Part shown: one piece after another, positions 48,164-56,958 of the stretch | Numbering within the stretch: the first letter of the stretch is position 1 | Layout: the number at the start of each line of letters is the position of its first letter | Source: Miltoncostaeaceae bacterium | GTDB taxonomy: Bacteria; Actinomycetota; Thermoleophilia; Miltoncostaeales; Miltoncostaeaceae | Length of the DNA: 64,000 bases | NCBI GenBank assembly: GCA_963808825.1 | Contig: CAWEGW010000011.1 | Location: 172,836-236,835, forward strand | Reading direction: 5' to 3' | Position numbers and translations under genes: made by a program | Notes under the pieces: generated by a model | Told to the model about the DNA's origin: nothing | The model's input: the letters and a program-made list of their open reading frames with translations, nothing else | Database searches by the model: none

Positions 48164-49428
48164 TAGTCGGTGCTCTCCTCGTGGGACGGGTCGTCGGCGT
48201 CGAAGCGCAGGTCCTGGTGGTGGAGGATGTGGCCCATCTTGTCGCGCTTGGTGCGCAGGTAGTCGGCGTTGTCGCCGTTGGGCTCCATCTCGATGGGCAC
48301 CCGGTCGACCACCGACAGGCCGTAGCCCTCCAGGCCGACGATCTTCTTGGGGTTGTTGGTGAGCAGCCGGATCGAGCTGAGGCCGAGGTCGACCAGGATC
48401 TGCGCGCCGATGCCGTAGTCGCGCAGGTCCGGCGGGAAGCCCAGCTCGATGTTGGCCTCGACGGTGTCGAGGCCCTGGTCCTGCAGCTCGTAGGCGCGGA
48501 GCTTGTTCAGCAGGCCGATGCCGCGCCCCTCCTGGGCGATGTAGAGCAGGACGCCGCGGCCCTCGGCCGCGATCATCCGCATGGCCGCCCTGAGCTGGGC
48601 GCCGCAGTCGCAGCGCTGGGAGCCGAAGACGTCGCCGGTCAGGCACTCGGAGTGGACGCGCACGAGCACCTCGTCGGCCCCGTCGACCTCGCCCTTCACC
48701 ATGGCGAGGTGGTGCTTGCCGTCGATGATCGAGCGGTAGCCCACCGCCGTCCAGTCGCCGTACTCGGTGGGCAGCCGCGCCGCGGTCCCGCGCTCGATGA
48801 GGCGCTCGGTGCGCCGCCGGTGCTCGATGAGGTGGGCGATCGTGATCAGCTTGAGCCCGTGCTCGGCGGCGTAGGGCACCAGGTCGGGCACGCGGGCCAT
48901 GGTCCCGTCGTCCTTGGCGATCTCGCAGATGACGCCGGCGGGGATGAGGCCGGCGAGGCGGGCCAGGTCGACCGCCGCCTCGGTGTGGCCGGCGCGCTCC
49001 AGCACGCCGCCGGGCTTGGCGCGCAGCGGGAAGACGTGCCCCGGCTTGACCAGGTCCTCGGGCCCGGAGTCCGGGTCGATCGCCACCATGATCGTCCGGG
49101 AGCGGTCGGGCGCCGAGATGCCGGTCGTGATGCCGTGGCGGGCCTCGATCGCCTCGGTGAACGCGGTCGCGTTGGGCGTCTCGTTGCGCCGCACCATCGG
49201 CTTGAGGCCGAGCTGGTCGCAGCGCTCCTCGGTGAGGGACAGGCAGATCAGGCCGCGGCCGTGGGTGGCCATGAAGTTGATCGCCTCGGGGGTGGCGAAC
49301 TGCGCCGCCATCACGAGGTCGCCCTCGTTCTCGCGGTCCTCGGAGTCGAGGATCACGACCATCCGGCCGGCGCGGATCTCCTCGATCGCGTCGGCCACGG
49401 TGGCGAAGCGGGCGGTGCTGCTCGTCAT
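48163..49428 (-). CDS. ribBA: bifunctional 3,4-dihydroxy-2-butanone-4-phosphate synthase / GTP cyclohydrolase II
   Basis: ATG at 49428. [13 protein letters not shown]...[13 protein letters not shown] and [21 protein letters not shown]...[11 protein letters not shown]. Confidence 0.92.
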   Translation of the reverse strand: MTSSTARFATVADAIEEIRAGRMVVILDSEDRENEGDLVMAAQFATPEAINFMATHGRGLICLSLTEERCDQLGLKPMVRRNETPNATAFTEAIEARHGITTGISAPDRSRTIMVAIDPDSGPEDLVKPGHVFPLRAKPGGVLERAGHTEAAVDLARLAGLIPAGVICEIAKDDGTMARVPDLVPYAAEHGLKLITIAHLIEHRRRTERLIERGTAARLPTEYGDWTAVGYRSIIDGKHHLAMVKGEVDGADEVLVRVHSECLTGDVFGSQRCDCGAQLRAAMRMIAAEGRGVLLYIAQEGRGIGLLNKLRAYELQDQGLDTVEANIELGFPPDLRDYGIGAQILVDLGLSSIRLLTNNPKKIVGLEGYGLSVVDRVPIEMEPNGDNADYLRTKRDKMGHILHHQDLRFDADDPSHEESTD

Positions 49429-50039
49429 GCGGGGTCCCTCCCGGGCGGCCCGTACGGAAGCGTGAGCGACTCCACGTATTTTGCCACCACGTCCACCTCC
49501 AGATTCACGGCGCGCCCCAGCGCCCCCGGGCCGAGGGTCGTCACGCCCATGGTGTGGGGGATCAGGGCGACGGTGAAGGCGTCCGGCAGCCGGGCGGCGA
49601 CCGTCAGGCTGACGCCGTCGACGGCGATGCTGCCCTTCTCGACGACGTAGCGCATCAGGGCGGCCGGCGGGGCGATCTCCAGAAGAGTGCTCTCCCCCTC
49701 CTCCCGGGCAGCGCGCACCGTCCCGACGCCGTCCACGTGGCCCTGCACCAGGTGCCCGTCGAGCCGGTCGCCCACGCGCATCGGCCGCTCGAGGTTGACG
49801 CGGTCGCCCGGGGCGAGCGCCCCGAGCGCGGTGCGGCGGAGGGTCTCGGCGACGCAGTCCACGCCGAAGCCCTGGGCGGTCACCTCGATCGCCGTGAGGC
49901 AGGCGCCGTTGACGGCGATCGAGTCGCCGACCCGGAGCCCCTCCGTGACGGCCTCGGCCGCGACCAGCAGCCGCGCCCCGGCCGCCCCCGGGCGGACCTC
50001 GGCGACCCGGCCGGCCTCCTCGATCAGGCCCGTGAACAC
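49425..50039 (-). CDS. ribE: riboflavin synthase alpha chain
   Basis: [12 protein letters not shown]...[12 protein letters not shown]...[12 protein letters not shown]...[12 protein letters not shown]. Confidence 0.92.
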   Translation of the reverse strand: MFTGLIEEAGRVAEVRPGAAGARLLVAAEAVTEGLRVGDSIAVNGACLTAIEVTAQGFGVDCVAETLRRTALGALAPGDRVNLERPMRVGDRLDGHLVQGHVDGVGTVRAAREEGESTLLEIAPPAALMRYVVEKGSIAVDGVSLTVAARLPDAFTVALIPHTMGVTTLGPGALGRAVNLEVDVVAKYVESLTLPYGPPGRDPA

Positions 50040-51167
50040 CTACGCCGTCCCCGCGAGCGGCCGCAGCCGCCCCGTCACCAGGATGTCGTCGCCGACCCGC
50101 TCGGTCCGCACGCCCGACAGCCGGGGCGCGAGCGCCAGGCTGGGCGCGCCGGCCCCGCCGAGGGCCGAGGGGGCCTCGCGGCCGCCGATCAGCATCGGCG
50201 CCAGGAACCAGGCCACCCGGTCCACCGCCCCCGCGGCGACGAGCGCCCCGGCGAGCTCGGCTCCGCCCTCGACCAGCAGCGACTGGATGCCGCGCTCCCC
50301 CAGCGCCCGCAGGCCCGCGGCGACCCGCTGGGCCGGGCCGCCCTCCAGATGCGCGACCTCGGCGCCGGCGGCCTCGAGCGCCACCACCCGCTCCGCCGGC
50401 GCGTCGGCGGCCGCGAGCACGATCAGCCGCTCCTCGGGGGCGCCGTGCACGAGCGCCGACCGCAGCGGCAGCCTGGCGGCGGAGTCGAAGACGACCCGGG
50501 CCGGCTGGCGCACGGGGCCCTCCACGTCGCGCGCGGTGAGGCGCGGGTCGTCCGCGATGGCCGTGCCGAGGCCCACGCCGACGGCGTCGTGGTCGGCGCG
50601 CCAGCGGTGGACCAGGGCGCGCGACTCGGCGCCCGAGATCCACTGGCTCTCGCCGCCGGCCGTGGCCACCTTGCCGTCGAGGCTGGTCGCCAGCTTCAGG
50701 GTGACGTGGGGCAGGCCGTTGAGGGCCCAGGTGAGGAAGGCGGCGTTGACCTCGGCGCAGGCCTCGGCGTCGGCGCCGCTGGCGACGGCGACCTCGATGC
50801 CGGCCTCCCGCAGGACCTCGCGCCCCTGGGCGCGGCCGCGCTCGAGCGGGTCGGCCGCCCCGATCACCACCCGCGCGACGCCCGCGGCCACCAGCGCGTC
50901 CGCGCAGGGCGCGGTGCGCCCGTGGTGCGAGCAGGGCTCCAGGGTGCAGACCACCGTCGCCCCGCGCGCCGCCTCGCCGGCCGCCGCCAGCGCCGCGGCC
51001 TCGGCGTGCGGCAGCCCGGGCCCCTCGTGCCAGCCCTCGGCCACGGCCTCGCCGTCGCGCAGGACGACCGCGCCGACGAGGGGGTTGGGGCTCACCCGGC
51101 CCCGGCCGCGCAGGGCCAGCTCCCGCGCCCGCGCGAGCGCGTCGCGCTCGGCGTCCGAGACGGTCAT
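50040..51167 (-). CDS. ribD: bifunctional riboflavin-biosynthesis deaminase/reductase RibD
   Basis: [11 protein letters not shown]...HAEAAAL...[14 protein letters not shown], then a reductase domain. ATGA overlap with the rpe stop. Confidence 0.92.
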   Translation of the reverse strand: MTVSDAERDALARARELALRGRGRVSPNPLVGAVVLRDGEAVAEGWHEGPGLPHAEAAALAAAGEAARGATVVCTLEPCSHHGRTAPCADALVAAGVARVVIGAADPLERGRAQGREVLREAGIEVAVASGADAEACAEVNAAFLTWALNGLPHVTLKLATSLDGKVATAGGESQWISGAESRALVHRWRADHDAVGVGLGTAIADDPRLTARDVEGPVRQPARVVFDSAARLPLRSALVHGAPEERLIVLAAADAPAERVVALEAAGAEVAHLEGGPAQRVAAGLRALGERGIQSLLVEGGAELAGALVAAGAVDRVAWFLAPMLIGGREAPSALGGAGAPSLALAPRLSGVRTERVGDDILVTGRLRPLAGTA

Positions 51168-51838
51168 CCCGCCGCCAGGGCGGCCAGCTCCGAGTAGGCC
51201 GCGACGGGGTCGGGGGCACGGAAGATCGTCGAGGCCGACACGAACAGCTGGGCCCCGGCGTCGCGGACCGACGGCAGCGTCCCGGCGGCGATACCGCCGT
51301 CGATCTCGATCGCGACCCGGTCGGGCAGCAGGCCGCGCAGGCGCGCGGCCCGGCCGGGCGTCGACGGGAGGAAGGTCTGCCCGGCGAACCCGGGGTCGAT
51401 GGCCAGCAGGTTCACGTAGTCGAGGTCGTCGCCGAGCTCGGCGACATGCTCCACCGGCGTCCCCGGGTTCAGCGCCAGGCCGGCCAGGCAGCCGGCCTCC
51501 CTGATGACGGCGAGCAGCCGGTGCGGGTGTGGGTCGGCCTCCACGTGGACCGAGATCGCGTCGGCCGCCTCGGCGAAGAGCGGGATCACGTCCCCGGGGC
51601 AGTTGACCATCAGGTGCACGTCGACGAGCCCGTCGGCCGCGTGGATCGGCCCGGCGACCGCGCGGGCGAAGTCGGATCCGAGAGTGAGGTTGGGAACGAA
51701 GTGGGCGTCCATCACGTCCACGTGGAAGGCGCGCGCCCCGGCCTCGATCAGGGCGTCGAGCTGCTCGCCCACGCGCAGCGGGTCGGCCGACATCAGCGAC
51801 GGCAGCACCTTCCCCGCCTGGGCCGGGGCGAGGCTCAC
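51164..51838 (-). CDS. rpe: ribulose-phosphate 3-epimerase
   Basis: GTG at 51838 (GTGA overlap with the rsmB stop). [15 protein letters not shown]...[14 protein letters not shown]...VHLMV...DPGFAGQTF...IEIDGGI. Confidence 0.9.
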   Translation of the reverse strand: MSLAPAQAGKVLPSLMSADPLRVGEQLDALIEAGARAFHVDVMDAHFVPNLTLGSDFARAVAGPIHAADGLVDVHLMVNCPGDVIPLFAEAADAISVHVEADPHPHRLLAVIREAGCLAGLALNPGTPVEHVAELGDDLDYVNLLAIDPGFAGQTFLPSTPGRAARLRGLLPDRVAIEIDGGIAAGTLPSVRDAGAQLFVSASTIFRAPDPVAAYSELAALAAG

Positions 51839-53169
51839 GCGGCCCTCATGCGCGCGATGAAGAACCCGTCGGTGCCGTGCCGGCCCGGCAGCGTGAGCAG
51901 CGCCTCGGGCCGCCGCGGGTGGGCGAGCCGGGGGTGCTCGGCCCCGAGGTCGTCGAGCGGTGCCCCGGCGGCGTCGATGGCGTCCTCGTTCTCCTCGGCG
52001 ATCAGCGTGCAGGTGGAGTAGACCACCCGCCCGCCGGGGCGCGCGAGCTCCAGCGCCCGCCGGATCAGCGCGCGCTGCAGCTCGACGAGGGGCCCGAGGG
52101 CCTCCTCGCGGCGCCGCCAGCGGGCGTCCGGCCGCGCCGACAGGACCCCGAGCCCGGTGCAGGGCGGGTCGACCAGCACGGCGTCGTAGCCCCCGTCGAG
52201 CGGCACCTCGCGGGCGTCGCCCTCCACGACCTCGACGACGGCGCCCATGCGCCGCGCCAGCGCCCGAAGCGCCCGGGCGCGGGCCGGCCGCAGCTCCACG
52301 GCCGTGATCCGGGCGCCCCCGTGGGCGAGCGCGGCCATGTGGGTGGTCTTGGCGCCGGGCGCGGCGCAGAGGTCGAGCACCCGCTCGCCCGGCCGGGGGT
52401 CCACGACGCGTGAGACGAGCTGCGAGGCGCGGCTCTGCCCCATCGCCAGCCCGCGCGCCCAGGCCCGCGACTCCTCCAGTGCGAACGGGCCCGACAGGAC
52501 GTAGGCCTCGGGGACGAGCGGGTCGCGCGACCATCCAGGGGGCAGCTCGGCCTCCAGCCCGGCGCGCGGGCCGCGCAGCGGGTTCCAGCGCAGCGCCGAC
52601 TCGGCCGGCTGGGCGGCCGCCTCCATCACCGCCACCGCGTCGGCCTCGCCGAGCGAGGCGATGAGACGGGCCGCGATCCAGTCCGGCATCGAGTGGCGCA
52701 CGCCGGCGGCCTCGGGCCCCTCGGCGTCGAGATCCGCCAGGAGGGCCGGGGCCTCGTCGGCGATGCGCCGCAGGACCGCGTTGACGACCCCCGCCCGCGC
52801 CGAGGCCTTGCCCTTGGGCCCGCGCAGGGCCCGCGCCTGGCGCACGGCCTGGTCGACCGCGGCCCGGGCCGGGACGCCGTCCGAGAAGGCCAGCTCGTAG
52901 GCGCCGAGGCGCAGGATGTCGCGCACCGCCGGCTCCAGGGACGCGGGGCGGTCGAGGGCGCCGTCGATGAGCCAGTCGAGGGTGCGGCGGCGCTGCACGG
53001 CGCCGTAGGCCAGCCGGGTCGCCTGGGCGCGGGCCCGCGGGTCGAGCTCGGCGCGGCGGGCCTCGGCCGCCAGGGCCCGGTCGGCGTAGGCGCCCTCGTC
53101 CACGCGGCGCAGCACCCGCAGCGCCACGCTGCGCTCTCGCGCGATCCCGTTCGACCGCGCGTCAGCCAC
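51835..53169 (-). CDS. rsmB: 16S rRNA (cytosine967-C5)-methyltransferase RsmB/Sun
   Basis: NusB-like N-terminus plus VLDLCAAPGAKTT...VLVDPPCTGLGV...VYSTCTL. Confidence 0.9.
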   Translation of the reverse strand: MADARSNGIARERSVALRVLRRVDEGAYADRALAAEARRAELDPRARAQATRLAYGAVQRRRTLDWLIDGALDRPASLEPAVRDILRLGAYELAFSDGVPARAAVDQAVRQARALRGPKGKASARAGVVNAVLRRIADEAPALLADLDAEGPEAAGVRHSMPDWIAARLIASLGEADAVAVMEAAAQPAESALRWNPLRGPRAGLEAELPPGWSRDPLVPEAYVLSGPFALEESRAWARGLAMGQSRASQLVSRVVDPRPGERVLDLCAAPGAKTTHMAALAHGGARITAVELRPARARALRALARRMGAVVEVVEGDAREVPLDGGYDAVLVDPPCTGLGVLSARPDARWRRREEALGPLVELQRALIRRALELARPGGRVVYSTCTLIAEENEDAIDAAGAPLDDLGAEHPRLAHPRRPEALLTLPGRHGTDGFFIARMRAA

Positions 53170-54079
53170 CGGCGGCCCCCACCTCGAGCGGGCCCCGCCA
53201 GCCCCGGAGGAAGGCGGCCGCCTCCATCCGCCCCCGGCCCGGCGGCTGGAGCTCCAGCAGCTCGAGCGACCCCTCCCCCGTCGCGACCAGGAGCCGGCCG
53301 CCCTCGGCCCCCGGCTGGGCTGGGGCGTCCTCCGGCAGGGCGCGCGCCCGCCAGACCTTGAACGGCTGTCCGTCGATCGCCAGCGTCGCGCCGACCTCCG
53401 GGGACAGCGCGCGCACCTGGCGGGCCAGCGCGACCGCGGGCCGGGACAGGTCGAGGGCCCGGTCCTCGGCGGTGATCTTGGGCGCGAGCGAGACCCCCTC
53501 CTCGGGCTGCGGGACGGGCTCGAGGCGGCCGGCCGCCAGCTCGTCCAGCACCTCGGCCAGGAGCGGCCCGCCGAGCTCGCTGAGCCGGGCGGTGAGCGAG
53601 CCGGCGTCCTCGTCCCCGCCGATCTCGACGCTGCGCGAGGCGAGCATCGGCCCGGTGTCCAGCCCGGCGTCCATCTGCATGATCGTCACGCCGGTGTGGG
53701 TCGCGCCGTCCATGATCGCCCGCTCCACCGGGGCCGCGCCGCGGTAGGCCGGCAGCAGGGAGAAGTGGACGTTGACGCAGGGCCAGCGCGAGAGCACCCC
53801 CTCGCGGAGGATCTGCCCGAACGCCACCACGGCGAGGGCCTCTGCGCCGGAGGCCGCGATGGCCTCGATGACCTCGGGGTCGTTGATCGTCCGCGGCCGC
53901 AGCACGGGGATCCCCAGGCCCTCGGCCGCCTCGGCGACCGGGGTGGGCGACGGCGTGCCGGAGCGGCCGCGGGCCTTGTCGGGCTGGGTGACGGCGACGG
54001 TCACGTCGTGCCCGCCCGCGACCAGCGCGCGCAGCGGGGCGACGGCCGCCTGCGGGCTGCCCGCGAAGGCGACCCTCAC
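53162..54079 (-). CDS. fmt: methionyl-tRNA formyltransferase
   Basis: MRVAFAGSPQAAV...VNVHFSLLPAYRGAAPVERAI...TGVTIMQMDAGLDTGP. Confidence 0.92.
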   Translation of the reverse strand: MRVAFAGSPQAAVAPLRALVAGGHDVTVAVTQPDKARGRSGTPSPTPVAEAAEGLGIPVLRPRTINDPEVIEAIAASGAEALAVVAFGQILREGVLSRWPCVNVHFSLLPAYRGAAPVERAIMDGATHTGVTIMQMDAGLDTGPMLASRSVEIGGDEDAGSLTARLSELGGPLLAEVLDELAAGRLEPVPQPEEGVSLAPKITAEDRALDLSRPAVALARQVRALSPEVGATLAIDGQPFKVWRARALPEDAPAQPGAEGGRLLVATGEGSLELLELQPPGRGRMEAAAFLRGWRGPLEVGAAGG

Positions 54080-54082
54080 GGC

Positions 54083-54625
54083 CTACCCCTCGTCGCGCAG
54101 CGCCCGGAGGGCCTCCCGGCGCTGCTCGGGCGCCGTGCGGTCGAGGATCAGCACGCCGTCGAGGTGGTCGAGCTCGTGCTGGATGACGCGCGCCTCGAAG
54201 CCCTCGGGCTCGAGCTCGATCGGACGTCCGGCGACGTCCTGGGCCTCGACCCGGATCGCGGCCGCGCGCTCGATGTCAACCGAGATCTCGCCGATCGACA
54301 GGCAGCCCTCCGAGTCGACGTCCGTCTCCTCCGAGCGCCAGGTGATGCGCGGGTTGCAGAGGGCCACGATCTCCTCGCCCTCCTCCCCGGTCCGCACGAC
54401 CACCAGGCGCCTCAGCGAGCCGAGCTGGGGGGCCGCGAGCCCGACGCCGCGGGCGTTAACCATGATGGCCGCCATGCGGTCGGCCTCGTCGGCGAGGGCC
54501 TCGTCGAACTGCGTGATCTCGAGCGCGGGCGAGCGCAGCACGGGGTCGCCGAACTGGCGGATGAGGTCGAGCGCGGCGAGCCGCCGGCGCTCGAGGACGG
54601 GGTCGTCGAGTGCGCGCGAGGACAC
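54083..54625 (-). CDS. def: peptide deformylase
   Basis: GVGLAAPQLG, EGCLSIG, HELDHLDG motifs. Confidence 0.93.
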   Translation of the reverse strand: MSSRALDDPVLERRRLAALDLIRQFGDPVLRSPALEITQFDEALADEADRMAAIMVNARGVGLAAPQLGSLRRLVVVRTGEEGEEIVALCNPRITWRSEETDVDSEGCLSIGEISVDIERAAAIRVEAQDVAGRPIELEPEGFEARVIQHELDHLDGVLILDRTAPEQRREALRALRDEG

Positions 54626-54659
54626 GCCCCGACTCTAGCAGCGCCCGTCTCGCGCGCCC

Positions 54660-55997
54660 CTACGCGGAGAGGCCCGCGGCGTAGCTCGCGGGGTCCGATC
54701 CGCGGCCGCGGACCAGCACGACGTGGCCCCCGACCGTCCGCAGCGCCCAGCGCTCCATGGTGCCGATGAGGTCGATCGGCGACGCGACGACCAGGCCGAT
54801 CTCGGCCCCCTCGGCCTCGAGCGGCTCGACCCACATGCCGGGGCCCGCGAGCGCGTCGGCGGCGGCCGCCATCTCGCCCTCGCCCCCCGGGACCGAGACC
54901 ACCCGCAGCTCGCCCACGTCGGCCGCGGCCGCGCCCGCCGCGCCCGCCAGGCCGGGCAGGTCCTCGGCGGCCGCCGGGCCGGCCGGCAGCTCGCGGCCGC
55001 CCGGGGCCGGCACCGTGAGCGGGGGCTCGGTCACCACGGTGGCCAGCGGGGCCGGCGGCGGGGGCTCGCCGCCCCCGCCCATGGTCAGGGCAAGCCCGGT
55101 CGCGGCGCCGGCGGCCGCGACGACGGCGACAGCCGCCACGAGGGCCGGACGGACGGCGCGGCGCAGGCGGCGCCGGCGCCGCGGCGCCCCGGCGCGGAGG
55201 GAGTCGACCAGCTCGCGCGCCGTGGCCGGCCGCGAGCGGGGGTCCTTGGCGAGGCCGCGCTGCAGGGCCGCGTCGATCCCCGGCGGCAGGCCCGGGCGCA
55301 GCGACGAGGCCCGGGGGGCGGGGCGGTTGACGTGGGCGAAGAGGAGCCCCGGGGCCCCGTCGGCCCTGAAGGGGGGCCGCCCCGTCAGGGCCTCGAAGGC
55401 CACCGCGGCCAGGGCGTAGCGGTCGGAGGCCGGGCCGGCCGGGCTGCCCTCGATGACCTCGGGGGCGAGGAAGCCGGCGGTGCCCACCAGCAGCCCCTCG
55501 GCCGTCATGGCGGTGGCGTCGAGGCGGCGGGCGATCCCGAAGTCGGCCAGCCAGGGCCCGTCGGGGTCGAGCAGCACGTTGGCGGGCGTGACGTCCCGGT
55601 GCACCAGCCCGGCGGCGTGGGCGGCGTCGAGGGCGTCGGCCACCGGGCCCAGGACGGCGGCCGCCTCGGCCTGGTCGAGGGGCCCCGCCGCCAGCCTGGC
55701 GGCCAGGCTGCCGTCGCGGGCCAGGGCCATCACCAGGAAGCCGCGACCGTCCTGCTCGCCTGCGTCGTGGATGGGGACGATGTGGGGGTGGCGCAGGCCC
55801 AGCAGGGCCTCGCACTCGCGCCGGAAGCGCACCCGGAAGGCGGGGTCGGCCCAGATCTCGCGGTGCACCAGCTTGAGGGCCGCCGGGCGGCCGAGCGACG
55901 CGTGGCGCGCCCGGTAGACGGCGGCCTGTCCCCCTCCCCCGATGCGCTCGCCCAGCTCCCAGGCGCCGACGACGCGGCGCTGGATGGTCGCGGTCAC
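54660..55997 (-). CDS. Ser/Thr protein kinase with one TM helix and an ~130-aa extracytoplasmic tail
   Basis: GTG at 55997 (GTGA overlap). IGGGGQAAVYRA, AALKLV, LVHRDVTPANVLL, DFGIAR, GTAGFLAPE. TM helix ALVAAVAVVAAAGAATGLAL. Confidence 0.88.
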   Translation of the reverse strand: MTATIQRRVVGAWELGERIGGGGQAAVYRARHASLGRPAALKLVHREIWADPAFRVRFRRECEALLGLRHPHIVPIHDAGEQDGRGFLVMALARDGSLAARLAAGPLDQAEAAAVLGPVADALDAAHAAGLVHRDVTPANVLLDPDGPWLADFGIARRLDATAMTAEGLLVGTAGFLAPEVIEGSPAGPASDRYALAAVAFEALTGRPPFRADGAPGLLFAHVNRPAPRASSLRPGLPPGIDAALQRGLAKDPRSRPATARELVDSLRAGAPRRRRRLRRAVRPALVAAVAVVAAAGAATGLALTMGGGGEPPPPAPLATVVTEPPLTVPAPGGRELPAGPAAAEDLPGLAGAAGAAAADVGELRVVSVPGGEGEMAAAADALAGPGMWVEPLEAEGAEIGLVVASPIDLIGTMERWALRTVGGHVVLVRGRGSDPASYAAGLSA

Positions 55998-56866
55998 CGG
56001 CGCGCCGGCAGCAGCGCCCGCGCGGTGGACTGGGCCCAGGCCCGCGCGGCCAGGTAGTCGCCGGGGCCGGCGACCTGAAGGCGCGCCCACCCCTCGCCCG
56101 CGTCGGCGAAGCCGGGCCCGGGATCGGCGGTCGCCAGCCCGAGCCGCAGGCCGCCGTCACCGAGCGCGATCTCGGCGACGGCGTCGCCGGTGCGCGGGAA
56201 GGCGACGCGGGCGGCGCCTGCCTCGTTCTGGATCAGCGGGGCCGGCGCGAGCTCGTTCAGGTCGAAGAACATGCCGGCCAGGCTCGGGCGAAGGGCCGGC
56301 TCCACCATCGGCATCAGGCCCTCGAGCCGGTAGAGCTCGGCGACGCGCGGCGTCAGGAAGTACTCGGCCTCGCGCAGCAGCAGCAGGTCGGTGCCCTCGG
56401 CGCGGCCGCGCTCGGGGCGCTCCTGCACCCAGTCGCGCACGCGCAGCCAGCTGCGGTGGCGGATGTTCCGCGTTCCCTCGGCGACGGCCTGCATGACGGC
56501 GGGCGGCGGCTTTCGGTCGGGGGTGAGCGCGATGACGATGCAGCGGTCGGCCGACGCCGTGAGGGCGTCATAGGTCGCGACCAGCCGCTCCGCCTCGTCG
56601 GCGTCGAAGGCCAGCGTCGCCTGGATCGCGAAGGTCCACCCCGCGCCCCGCGCCACCACGTCGGCCACCAGGCCCTCGGGCGAGTCGGCCAGGACCCGCT
56701 GCTCGCGGACGAGCAGGGCGTCGGCGTCCGGCAGCGCCTCGCCCGAGATCTCCTCGACGAGCGCCGTGCGCGTCTCCGGCCCTCCGAGCGCCAGCAGGGT
56801 GGCGACGACGTGGACCCACTGCTCGCGGGGGTCGGACGCCGCCTCGAACAGGCGTGGGACGGGCAT
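55994..56866 (-). CDS. hypothetical 290-aa protein, no family recognised
   Basis: SD AAGGAG then ATG at 56866, which is the C-terminal part of the artefactual ORF 55994-59365. MPVPRLFEAASDPREQWVHVVATLL...IRHRSWLRVRDWV... Translationally coupled to the kinase. Confidence 0.55.
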   Translation of the reverse strand: MPVPRLFEAASDPREQWVHVVATLLALGGPETRTALVEEISGEALPDADALLVREQRVLADSPEGLVADVVARGAGWTFAIQATLAFDADEAERLVATYDALTASADRCIVIALTPDRKPPPAVMQAVAEGTRNIRHRSWLRVRDWVQERPERGRAEGTDLLLLREAEYFLTPRVAELYRLEGLMPMVEPALRPSLAGMFFDLNELAPAPLIQNEAGAARVAFPRTGDAVAEIALGDGGLRLGLATADPGPGFADAGEGWARLQVAGPGDYLAARAWAQSTARALLPARR

Positions 56867-56958
56867 CTGCCGGGACTCCTTGGCCGGGGTCGAAGCGCCG
56901 GAAAGCGTAGCGGACGCCTCCACCGGCACTCGGATGGAGCGGCGAGGCCTGGGCACCG

